DNA from: a virus
Length of the DNA: 64,000 bases
Direction: 5' to 3' (one strand)
IMG/VR virus record: IMGVR_UViG_3300009370_000018
Span: 4,396-68,395 of that record
Both the position numbers and the translations under genes were made by a program. Of the stretch, positions 10,101 through 20,500 are shown piece by piece. How positions within the stretch are numbered: position 1 is the first letter of the stretch; every line of letters starts with the position of its first letter. Under the pieces are notes generated by a model, which did no database searches, was not told the DNA's origin, and saw nothing but the letters and a program-made list of their open reading frames with translations.

Positions 10101-12803
10101 TGGTGGAGTGCGGATGCTATTTCGCCTATGCATATTGATTATAGAAAATTTTCTTCTGATAGCACGGCAAATGGACTTTGGGGATCCACTAGGAATCGTA
10201 TGGTTACTGGACTGATACCTTGGGGTCCGGTGTTGCCGTCTGGTGTATGGGCGAATGATTCGTGGCTTCATACGGGAGATAGATTTGCGACTTCTAATCC
10301 TGGGGTTTTTGGTGGTCCTGCTTCAGGGTTGCTCGCAAATCTTGTAGTGGAGAAAACAGCATTAAAAGGCGGGATTAGTGGGTTAAATTTGCCTGGGCCT
10401 CTTGGTAATTCATTGCGATTAACAGAGATGCATGATTCTGTTGGATTTTTGAGAATGTGGGGGCACACCGACACATTTACTGGGTTTGAGTACGCTAATA
10501 AAGATATGTTCCTTGACGACCATCATTTTTATCAGGTACTAGAACCATATAAGAAATGGTTGGTTAGTTGTTATGCAATGACATCTAATGTATTATCAGA
10601 CACTTCTGAGAATTCTATTCTTATACGATTCTCTTTGGCAAATACTACGGGCTTTGATGTTGCATCTGCCGGAGGAGATGGTATTGTACAAGGAAATATG
10701 ACTCTGTTTACTGAAGAAAATAAATGGGAAAGATTGTCTACAGTAATAGATCTATCTTCTTTGCCCCATACAAGAAGTTCTATGATAATTCAAATGGCAG
10801 ATAGAACATCACATGCTGATGCCGGGTTGACTACAGGAAATACTGTATATCATATTGAAGGTATGATGATCGAAGAATATGATCCTGTAATACACGGAAC
10901 AGATCCTAACCTCACTCCGTCTCCATATATTGCTCCTGGAGTAAGTGCCGCTAATGTTTATATGTGGATGGATAAGAGTATTAATGAACATCATCTTTTT
11001 GCAAATACACATAAAGGACTTTATTATCCTCCGCAGTATGTGGCTAATTCAGCTAATGGATATCCTGCTCTTCGATTTGCCGCAAACACAGTAAAGAATG
11101 ATGCCAACGTCTATGCATACTCTTCTATTGGCGGTACGGTCAATTCTATTGCATTGGATCATGGAGATTCGACTGCAAGAAAGCTCCCGACATCTGGTCT
11201 ACAGGCTCTAACGAATCTTTCAAATACTGCTCTTCCTCGTCCTGTGTCGAATGCATGGACGATTTTTGCAGTTGCAAAGACGAATCTTGCAGTCAATTCG
11301 ACATCATATGATACCACACTCAATCCAACTATTTTCAATTCTGGTTATGGTGGTAATAGAGATACTAATGTTCTTGTTCCAAATAAAGCCAGGGCAACCA
11401 TGCATCTTGGATATGATGTGGTTGGAGAAACAGGCGCAATTGTTACGAATATTGCAGGGGGCAATGAGGAACTGGCTCAGAGAGATGTAATGGCGCAGGC
11501 TAATACAATCGAGGTGACTCATCTCGGCGTGATGGGTTCGGACTGGAGCGGACTTTCTTCTGCAAACACATCTTCTTCGTTCCGAATTATTGGTATGTCT
11601 ATTCAAGCATCTCAACACGATGGAACCGGTGATCTTTTAAACTTTCATTTAGATGGGAGACGATTTTCAAATTCAGTCATAGGTTTCACGGAAGACTTCT
11701 CGACAGTACACCTTAGTCGGGCGGCATTAGTTGAAGAAGATCAACGTCCTTTTGTGACCTCGATAGGAAAATGGAAGCCAGTAAAGACAGGTTTGTTTCC
11801 CTTCCCTGTGTATCCAGAAGCCAATGGAATCATGGGTGTTGGTGCGACAGGGAATATTGTTTTCGACGTAGGCGTTTCTAATACAAATATACCTCCGCAT
11901 ACAGAGGAGGTCCCGAATCAAGGAGAAATTTGGGTTCGGAATGAAGGAGGAATTGATTTTGTTTCTCCTAATGGTTCTATTATTCCTATAGTAGATGGTG
12001 ATTTTGGAGTCCCGGCAGGTTATAGCGCCAGCCATAGTAGGATGTATACTCCTTATGAATATGGTACGGGGTCGACTGTGGGCTTCGGAGTCACACCAAT
12101 AATAGGAACCGGATCAGAATCATATATTATGTACTCAAACATGAATGCTGCTGCGAGATTTGGTGTGGCAACGGGAGAAGCACATTCGACGGCCTTTGGG
12201 TTTAATGAACATTTTGTTCCTGTTGAATGGGATTCTGCAAATAATTCATGGTATGTGATATATAATGGAAAAACAATAACTCCTGCTCCATATACGGGTA
12301 CCTTTGGGGTTCCTTTTATTCCTGATGCCGCAAACGGAGACTTTATTGTTGCAAGATTTACAAGGGACTCTCTCCTTGCCTGGTTCACAGATACGTTCGA
12401 GTCTTTTGTTTTCGCAAATAATGCAGACACCGCGGGCTACACTAATGCAGTAACGGCCGTTGTCGGAAGATTTCATTTTGATCCTCCTGGTACCGGTTAT
12501 CAGACCCAATTTGTCCATCAGACCAGAGAAGTTAAGGTACTATCTACAAATAACTTTGTTTCTGATTCATATAGAGATCTTGTTACAGGAACGGCAGACT
12601 GGGACGGAGACATTGCCGAGGTTCTTGTGTTCAATGAGAAGCTGGCCAATACAGAAATTGCAAAGGTTGAAGGATACCTTGCATGGAAGTATGGCCTACG
12701 AGAAAATTTGATTGGTAAGGATGGACTTGATTTTCATCCATATAGGTTTGAAGTTCCGCTTGCTGCCGGGGGCATTGCAAATAGCTTTTTTGCAGATTAT
12801 TAA
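7182..12803 (+). CDS. gp7: Baseplate wedge initiator gp7-like with inserted CBM-like and LamG-like domains
   Basis: PGFVRDDHPQFISFLERYYE, FYRAKGTENSFKLLFRLLY, QDNYYYQQYAY..VHPAGFKRFG; C-terminal WDGDIAEVLVFN...VEGYLAWKYG; between gp6 and gp8. Confidence 0.8.
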   Translation: MVTANAIIRQTSFLIKDQVPGFVRDDHPQFISFLERYYEHLQSANTGIYDSVSNTYFMGPVYFSKNALEYVDLDTADFERFLDGFKKEFSPNIPKQLDSVVDTSTFYKNILDFYRAKGTENSFKLLFRLLYNEEIELYYPNRDILTVSGGSFSPEVRIRLGTTDNIEDIVGRRIYGATSGVYATVERIERTYDNIQFPWRDPADRDDGITFVYLNKFSIGNTTVTQTEFDIGELIYTGNVTGNHVNTIIHASPTKAVFYDDFSGYANANYFLAPSDNRGSLTDSIERPNGEYSLVNSISTITGSYGSRWYDRWSKRGANVYSYVPYGASNNYVNPAISFIEDVSASGGKVLVVGNEGTTHGPILNGSLGKEDRVNLIHNDNILIDKNKLYRFSVRVKDPHSDNFDLNYRYGEALQFNSGYSALGSDGESYIKSGYIHPGDHFILSSEYPSGAMSANGADLTGNNPSWTTDWRVFQSYATGSGAGQLAGHGNVMEFSNTAASNFEYPRRVFSYPNETASFGADTTYIRPIIDVEHTHNYVHRAYSVFDAPVSSYEIEESPSASNTYPIHIHGPSYGGGWRGYINTISSLITACTDGFSTANSFEVELIDDLSTQSAWPKATVFANAHIYTRSAFVSNTTYNKDAPFIIQIPKGKRWVLSYYASTNNHTQTECRMEVWFKDSTQPSSNIFMITDGAPTNSADAGYFHATDAWERRHLVFNFANTTSPILGDGTTDDTNVTLVEHYDQGPNSFSSFVGGGGGLRFAKDRTSSDGAADPWSGDTYAANVDTILLKLASANSSGAYGTVSVRVAGIQLEEAANNTTVNASPFRSQGDDSGGSQIYVDYYKIEEMGTIEPLTDAPQYLDESSHLSTKSAVMQDNYYYQQYAYDIRSQQDFKDYTSIVEAAVHPAGFKRFGTKVVYPDDVGPGTSGTAGYKMAPDEEGGGDDESGVAMKTSFISNQDDPFTPYSVNSLAGWWSADAISPMHIDYRKFSSDSTANGLWGSTRNRMVTGLIPWGPVLPSGVWANDSWLHTGDRFATSNPGVFGGPASGLLANLVVEKTALKGGISGLNLPGPLGNSLRLTEMHDSVGFLRMWGHTDTFTGFEYANKDMFLDDHHFYQVLEPYKKWLVSCYAMTSNVLSDTSENSILIRFSLANTTGFDVASAGGDGIVQGNMTLFTEENKWERLSTVIDLSSLPHTRSSMIIQMADRTSHADAGLTTGNTVYHIEGMMIEEYDPVIHGTDPNLTPSPYIAPGVSAANVYMWMDKSINEHHLFANTHKGLYYPPQYVANSANGYPALRFAANTVKNDANVYAYSSIGGTVNSIALDHGDSTARKLPTSGLQALTNLSNTALPRPVSNAWTIFAVAKTNLAVNSTSYDTTLNPTIFNSGYGGNRDTNVLVPNKARATMHLGYDVVGETGAIVTNIAGGNEELAQRDVMAQANTIEVTHLGVMGSDWSGLSSANTSSSFRIIGMSIQASQHDGTGDLLNFHLDGRRFSNSVIGFTEDFSTVHLSRAALVEEDQRPFVTSIGKWKPVKTGLFPFPVYPEANGIMGVGATGNIVFDVGVSNTNIPPHTEEVPNQGEIWVRNEGGIDFVSPNGSIIPIVDGDFGVPAGYSASHSRMYTPYEYGTGSTVGFGVTPIIGTGSESYIMYSNMNAAARFGVATGEAHSTAFGFNEHFVPVEWDSANNSWYVIYNGKTITPAPYTGTFGVPFIPDAANGDFIVARFTRDSLLAWFTDTFESFVFANNADTAGYTNAVTAVVGRFHFDPPGTGYQTQFVHQTREVKVLSTNNFVSDSYRDLVTGTADWDGDIAEVLVFNEKLANTEIAKVEGYLAWKYGLRENLIGKDGLDFHPYRFEVPLAAGGIANSFFADY

Positions 12804-12809
12804 AATCAT

Positions 12810-12817
12810 TATAAATA
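12810..12817 (+). promoter_or_regulatory. T4-type late promoter TATAAATA
   Basis: Exact consensus in the intergenic gap before gp8. Confidence 0.8.
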
Positions 12818-12848
12818 AGGGAACAATATATAACAGGGGAATCATGTA

Positions 12849-14555
12849 GTGGCTGATCCGTTAGTAACAAAACAATTTTCATATCATGCAGCCAAGGCTT
12901 TTGCAAATTCGTTTCTGGCTGATTCTGTTTATTTTTATGCAGGAAAACCTGATAAATGGGGAGAAACTGAAAGCGTAGAGCACGATCCTCATGCCGCCAA
13001 TGATGTCCACCTTAATCATATTTCGATTTGGAATGCAATGGCCGGTGCGGTAAGGATTACCAGAAATGATGTTGCCGTTGGAGTCCATCGTTTTGATTGG
13101 GAAGTAGACACTATTTACGACAAGTACACAGATACCATGTCAAGTTCATATGGATCTGGTGCAAATGGATATTATGTTATGGCTGGACCATCAGGAATTT
13201 TTGGTATTAACCATATATACAAGTGCCTAGATAATAATGGTAATGCCTATTCTACGAGTATGCCTGTCCATACTGATGTAGTGGCCAAGCGAGAACCTGA
13301 TGGATACATATGGAAATATATGTATACAGTGAAATTGGTTGATCGTCTGAGTTTTGTGACCACAAATGTGATTCCTGTTGCGACTGATACAGGAGGAATT
13401 ATGTCAGCAGGGCCAGGGACAATCCTCAACATTCCTCTTCCTGCAAATAACCTAGTAGGAATAGGAGAGAAATATAGAGGTACTGGTTATTCAAATGGAA
13501 CCTTGGGGGTTTCACTCGATACATTAGATGCAACTGCGAATATTAAAACGGCCGTCACAACTGCATGTAATAAGTTACAATTTCAAGCAGAGGGTGGTAT
13601 AGGGGAAGCTGATTTTTATAACAATTGTTCGATTATGATTACGAGTGGATCCAGCAAAAATAAGATATATGACATTACAGATTATGATGGAACAAATCTT
13701 CTTACTATAACACCCAATGCAAATAAAATTGCGGTAGGGGACACATTCAAGATTGGTCCTAAGATTACAGTAATAGGTGATGGTTCAGGATTAAAAGCCA
13801 TTGGTAATGTCAATGGATATGGTAATGTAGTTTCGATTGATGTGGGTTCAATTGGTTCTGGATACTCAAATGTGAGTTCGGTAACTATTGAAGGAATATA
13901 TGATGGGGATAATGGAACAGACGCCTATGCAAATGTTTATATTCCTCCTTTCTCTGGGCATGGATTTAATCCTGCGTCTGAACTTCGGGCTAGATATGCG
14001 ATAATTAATCCCAAATTACCTATAGCGGGGTCTTCTGTAGATGGTGATGGATATTTTGTTGGTATTGATTCAGAGTATCGTCAGGCGGGCCTCTTGAGAA
14101 ATCCTTTGACTATTGATAATGCTAGGGCTAAAGGCACTTCATATGATCTAAGGACACATTTATATTTTAATTCGCAGGACGTTAGTTATTCAGATATACC
14201 TACTTATTTTCCAGCAAATACTATTGTCACTAATTCAAATACTGGGGCAACCGCAATGGTTTGGAATCATCCAGATACAGGGGCAGGAAGTAGGCATATT
14301 ACATTAGTTAATGTGGTGAGTAATAATGGACTGACATTTTCAAATGGTCAGTATATAATTGGTACGGGTGGAGTTGGTGTTGTTTCGTCTGCTAATTTGG
14401 ATCAGTTTTTGTACAAAGGAATCTATCCAATTTCTCCTTCTCTTCCTGGGCAATTGGCTAAATATAGTGGAGACATAGTTTATCACGAAAACCAAAAGGT
14501 TACATATAGAACAGAAGGTTCATCATCAGATATAAAACTTGTGTTTGAATTTTAA
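12849..14555 (+). CDS. gp8: Baseplate wedge subunit gp8
   Basis: YKCLDNNGNAYSTSMP..DGYIWKYMY, GHGFNPASEL, YRQAGLLRNP, YSGDIVY..IKLVFEF; GTG start. Confidence 0.9.
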   Translation: MADPLVTKQFSYHAAKAFANSFLADSVYFYAGKPDKWGETESVEHDPHAANDVHLNHISIWNAMAGAVRITRNDVAVGVHRFDWEVDTIYDKYTDTMSSSYGSGANGYYVMAGPSGIFGINHIYKCLDNNGNAYSTSMPVHTDVVAKREPDGYIWKYMYTVKLVDRLSFVTTNVIPVATDTGGIMSAGPGTILNIPLPANNLVGIGEKYRGTGYSNGTLGVSLDTLDATANIKTAVTTACNKLQFQAEGGIGEADFYNNCSIMITSGSSKNKIYDITDYDGTNLLTITPNANKIAVGDTFKIGPKITVIGDGSGLKAIGNVNGYGNVVSIDVGSIGSGYSNVSSVTIEGIYDGDNGTDAYANVYIPPFSGHGFNPASELRARYAIINPKLPIAGSSVDGDGYFVGIDSEYRQAGLLRNPLTIDNARAKGTSYDLRTHLYFNSQDVSYSDIPTYFPANTIVTNSNTGATAMVWNHPDTGAGSRHITLVNVVSNNGLTFSNGQYIIGTGGVGVVSSANLDQFLYKGIYPISPSLPGQLAKYSGDIVYHENQKVTYRTEGSSSDIKLVFEF

Positions 14556-14570
14556 AGGATAGCTAATCGA

Positions 14571-17500
14571 ATGGCAAATTTTAATAAGTCACCATATTAT
14601 GACGACTATGATGAAAATAAAAAGTTTCTCAGAATTTTATTTCAGCCTGGGCGTCCTGTCCAAGCCAGAGAGTTAACACAACTTCAGTCTATTCTTCAGA
14701 CTCAAATTGAGCGTGGTGGTGCTCATATTTTTAGGAGTGGGTCTAAAGTTTTTGATGTTGGTGTGTCTGGAGGAGAAGAAAATTTTGACCCGATGAGCGT
14801 TCGATATGTCAAACTGAATCGAAATGACAAGTTTGGTAATATTGTAGATGTTTCAAATTTTATTGGAAAACAAATTAGGACTGAGAATTTTTCTGAAAGT
14901 TCGTCAATTGGTACGGTTGTGTCCGGTTCTGCAAATGCAGGAGGTGATCCTACAACATTATTTGTTAAATGGGATGAAGGTGAGCCAGAAGGGCTTATTC
15001 AAGATAATCTTGTTTTAAGAACGTGGGATCCTGATGGTACCGGTTCTTATTATACTGCAAACGTGGCACCAGAATCTGATGTTTCTGGGCCATGTTCGGT
15101 GTATGAAACAAACGATGGTGTGTATTTTGTAAACGGTAAGTATGTGAAGGCCGATGCCCAGACTCTTGTGTTGGGAAAGTATACTTCAAATGTTACATAT
15201 AGAATTGGGTTCGATGTCATAGAAGAAACTGTCACTAGTGCGACTGATAGTTCTTTGTTGGATCCTTCTGCTGGATTTAGTAATTATACAGGGTCTGGTG
15301 CAGATCGTTATAAAATAAATTTGGTTCTAACAAAAAAGGGTGATGGTACTACCATATCAGAAGTCCAGGCGTCGAGTACCATATCGACTGAAATAGGACA
15401 ACTTGTTTCTACAAATAACTTTTTTGAAATTGCAAGAGTTGATGATGGACGACTAGTTCGGCAAGTAAAGACACCTTTTTATGCCGAGTTAGAAAATACG
15501 TTAGCCAGAAAGCTATACGACCAGTCTGGTAATTTTACAGTTGACCCACACATAGGTACTATAAAAGAAAAGACACCCGCAGGAGATGCTGGATTAGCAG
15601 GATCGGATGAGTATATCCTTACAATTGAGGGCGGTAAATCATATGTTCATGGATTTGAATATAATAATATAGGCCAGTCTCTTAAAGTTTCAATACCTAA
15701 AGCCCGAGAGACTGAAGTGGTGGAGCAAAGAGTTCCTATTATTTACAACAACTATGTTATGGTTCATGATATTCAGAATACCTCACCGCTCACTAGTTCT
15801 GGTGTTGGGACGGGTGGACTTCCTGCAAAAGGATTTTTTGATGTAGTTGCACAACCTCTTGTTTCATTGTTCTCGCAAGATAGTTATATCACAAATAGTT
15901 TATTTGGTGCAAATAATAATATTGATACTTTCCAAGGTGTGTCAAAGGCGGCCAATCTTTATAATTCTATTTTTGTGGGTACTGCAAGAGCAGAGGCATT
16001 GATTTATGATAGCGGGGCCACCACTAGTGCGAGAAATCATCAATGGGATCAAGGGCGTTCGTATAGGTTATACCTTACAGATTTTCGGCCTAATTATGTA
16101 GACGGAGCAGCAAATGGAGTCAATAGAGCAGACATTGATGCCGTTTGGTATGACACAGCAGAAAGTTTAACCTACTATAAGTTTAAGAGTTTGGTTCAGA
16201 ATGAACACGGATTTAGTAATAGTAGCGATACTTCTACAGGCATAGAAGATTTTTCTTCAGGAGCCGATCATGTTTCTATTCAAGGGTTTACTGTAGACGG
16301 CGGCTATTGGAATATTGAAAAGGGGAAGGTTGAGGCTGCAAATTCTACTTGGATTGGAGTACGAAGCCTTACTAACTCTACAAACAATTTTTATGCAAGA
16401 AGTTCACCTCCTGCTTCTAATGGTTTTATTTCTAGAACTACGCGCAATGGAATTTCTTCTAGAAGAATGATTCTATTAGACGAAAGGACCAGGGCTCTGT
16501 GGTCGGATGCATATAATGGAGCAACGATTACGATTACTGGAGGCCCTGGAGAAGGTGATCGTAGAACTATTGTAGATTATATTGGAGGATCTACTGCAAA
16601 TCAAGTATATGATCTTCAGGCTGCTGGTGACGAGACATTTATTCCTACTAATAATTTAGATGGAATTGCAAAACGAGGATTGGCTATTGTTGATCGTGAG
16701 TTTAGTGCGCCTCCTACGCGCGAGACGACATATCGTATTGATTTTAGTATGAAGAACGCAAGGTCTGTGGGCATTAATGCGAATACAAATGCGAATGGTT
16801 ATGCCACATCAGACTATAAGTATTACCGACAGCGAGAACAAGACACAAATATGGCGGCTGGAACTCTTACTCCTTTTACTAAAGGTGCGACTCCAAATTT
16901 CACTACGCTTTGGAATATTGATGCTGTTAGTGGTGTCGAGCCTAAGGGAAGTCTTGGTGCCTTTACCAGAGACGGAATCTATTTAGGAACAAGAATAGAC
17001 GGAGATACAATTTACAAAGGGCCGCAAGCCGGAACTTTGTTAGGAGCAACAGGCCGGGCCGGGGTCCAGAGTCTTAATGCCCATGGATCAGGAACTGCAA
17101 CAAGTAGTAATACTCATTTTACTGCACAGCGGACATTTAAAAATCAAACCTTTGCTGGTGTTGGGACTGGTAATAAATTGTCAATTGCTATAGGCCAGGT
17201 TCTTTATGATCATGGTCAAAGATTCTTTCCATATGATGGAGCCAGTAATGTTTTAGAGGAAGATGAATTAAATAGATTTGTTCATGTTGTAGAGCAGACT
17301 ACTGGGCGCGTTGTTGATTTTTCAAAAGGAGACGGAGATGGAAAGGTAGACATAAAATATGTGGCGGCCACTGGTCATTCTGCACATACATTGGATGTGA
17401 CACTACCTACGGGTGATGGATTTGGTGCAGGCGATTATGATGTCATTGCGACTATGCTTCACGAAAACATTGCTCCCAAGAAGAAAACATTAATCAAGGC

Positions 17501-20500
17501 TAACACAGTTGATTTGGCGCCTGGGTTATTGACAACAGGACACAATTTGTCCAATGGACAGATTATAATTAAAAATAATTCTGGAAACAATGCTCTGATC
17601 GAGAAACCCTTTGGCCAGACAGATGATCAGGCACCTCCTAGTTATGTTTTTCAATCATTAGGAATTGCCGATGTTCATTCTGTAAAGATTCTTGATACAT
17701 GGGCTGAAGGAAATCCAACTTCTGATATGATCAAGGCCTTGGCCAATAATAATGCAGAAGCCTTGACGGCAACAGGCGCAAATAACATTACGACAAACTT
17801 TATATTTGATTCTGGCCAGAGAGATCATATTTATGACCATGCATCCTTGAAATTAAAGCCTGATGCTCCTGTTCCCAACGGCCAATGCCTGGTTCTTTTT
17901 GATTATTGGGATCACCAAACTTCGGAGATAGGTGCAGGATCTGTTGCAGGATTGCCTTCATATTTTTCTGTGGATTCTTATCAGCACACAGAAGACTTGA
18001 CTATTACGGATGTAACTGGAACGTTTTCTGTTGGCGATATTATTAAGGGCAATACTACTGGTGTGTCTGCAAAGGTGTTTGATGTTCCTGATAGTTCTAC
18101 TAAGATTCGGGTTGTAAATTTAGATCCTTTTGAGGGGAATACACATTTTACTTCAGAGGATTTTATTCATAAGGTTTCGGGTGTGGCTTCTTCAGATGAA
18201 GCAAAGGTGACTGCCGTAGCTAATCTACAGATTAGATACGAAAACATTCCTAGTTTTGTGGGAACTAGTAGAGTTTATTCTTTAACTGATGTGATTGATT
18301 ATCGACCAGCAAAAAATAGAGCCGATGTATTTAGAGCAAATTCGACAGTAAATAATGTAGTTATTCCTGTTGATGCTTCGGCTTATCCTTTGGGCCAATA
18401 TCAAGATTTGATGCCTAACTATAAATTTAAGGCATACATGGGGAGAATCGATAAGGTTTATTTGACCCCAGGTAGAGCTATAGAAGTTGCCAATGGTGTT
18501 CCTTCTTCTTATCCTGGGCCTCCTCATGTTCCTGAAAGCCAGGGCATGGTATTGTTTGAAGTTTTCTTGCCCCCATATGGTAGAAGAGATCGACAATATG
18601 ATAAGGGAATTCCTTTACTTAATACGGTTACGAATAGGCGTTATACTGTAAAGGATATTGCTCGAATTGATAATAGGGTTAGAAATCTTGAATACTATGT
18701 GGCATTGAATGCGCTAGAACGTGCAGCCAAAGATGATGTCGTTACTGATTCGCAAGGAATGACACGATTCAAGAATGGAATTTTGACTGATAATTTCAAC
18801 GCATTTAATACGGTCAAGAGGCAGGTCGATGAAACTGTAAATATTGTAAATGGAGTTAAAGAGCCTACTTATTCTCTTGACATTAAGGAAGGTCATTTAA
18901 GACCGGCCACAACAGTTAACAGTACATCTTGGTCGTTTCAGTATAGTGATGGATCATCATCTGAAACTACTGCGTCTGGTACAGCAGATGACGCAATTAC
19001 TATAAATTATAATAGTGTTGTATGGTCTGATCCAGATGCTCCTTATCAGTTGTCGGCATCTGAATCGTCTGAATTTATTCAGGAGGAAGACGGTTCAACT
19101 GTGCTAGACGGTACTGGTACTGGAAGTGGTAAGGTCAATATTAATCCATTTAATGTGATGAGCTATCAGGGATTTATGGAAATAAATCCGAACTTTGATA
19201 ACTTTATTGATACAATAGATTCTGGTGAGGTTAGATTTGTCGATTTAACGACTGGTCAAAATGCCTTAGAACATATTGGTATTACTGAAGATGACGTGAG
19301 AAGTAGTGATTTTGTGGGAGGAACATACGAAGAAACATCTCAGATAACTAATCAAGAAATTTTTGGAAGTTGGACTAATACTGATGGTACTCCAGAATTT
19401 ACTGCCGAGACAGAATATGATATTGATATGGCTGCAATGGGAGCCAGAATAACACAGTCAGGAACGCAAGGTGCCTGGGGCGATCTTAGTGACCACTATC
19501 ATGTTACGTTTACAGAACCACAAAAATTTACAGTAGAGTTGGGGGAAACTTATTTTAGATCATTTGCTAAGATTCCTAATATTCCTAAAGTCACAATACA
19601 AAAGACTGAAAATTCTATTGTTGATATAAGGATCGCCACATATATGAGATCAAGAGATATTAGTGTGGTTGCTCGTGGATTGAAACCGAGAACGCCTGTC
19701 TATGGACATTTTGATGGGTTGAACGTGAGTGGATATATGTCTTCGGCGAGTATGGTTAGGTTTGAAGGTAGTGGAAGAGGTGCCGATGCTATTAGTTTAG
19801 GGAAACGTACTGGAACAAGAAGTGGTCAGAGAATACATGAATGGGTTTCTATTGATGTAGAGCCTAATGCCAAGGCAAAGTTAATTGGTGTGCGCGGGAA
19901 CACTGCCTTCCTTACTGAAATAACTTACGGAACAGCTACTCCTAATAAGAAGTTTTCGGATAGTGGAATTACACTTGTGGGAAATACAACAGGGCCTTGT
20001 AATAAGAAAACAAATCAAAATGATATAGGTGTTTCTCAGAACATGATGTTTGATCCATCTCTCCCAGATGATGTTCAATACCGACCAATTACACCAAACC
20101 CAGGGTATGAACATAGGTCTGGATATGCCAGACCATTAGTTGCAGATGGTGATAATCGAAATCCTACGACTTGGATTACATTAGACCATGATGCTCCTTC
20201 AAGATCAAATGCCTTGGCGTTACATTTTGCAGATCCTAGTACAGGAGATCCGGTCGAACTTACCGATACAGAATCGCTAACTACCTTTGGGAATATGATG
20301 ACATCAATTAGTATTGTCAAAGGTAAAAATGCAGGAGCGCATGGTACAATTGTTGAATATGATGGTGCCACTAGATCGGCAAGAGTTGAATGGGGGACGA
20401 GCATGACATCGAATGGTCCTGGTGCGGCTATTGTTGGTACTCTTGGCGCAGATGATAGAGATTATTATACACTTGCAGGTCCATGGAGTCCTGTATCATA

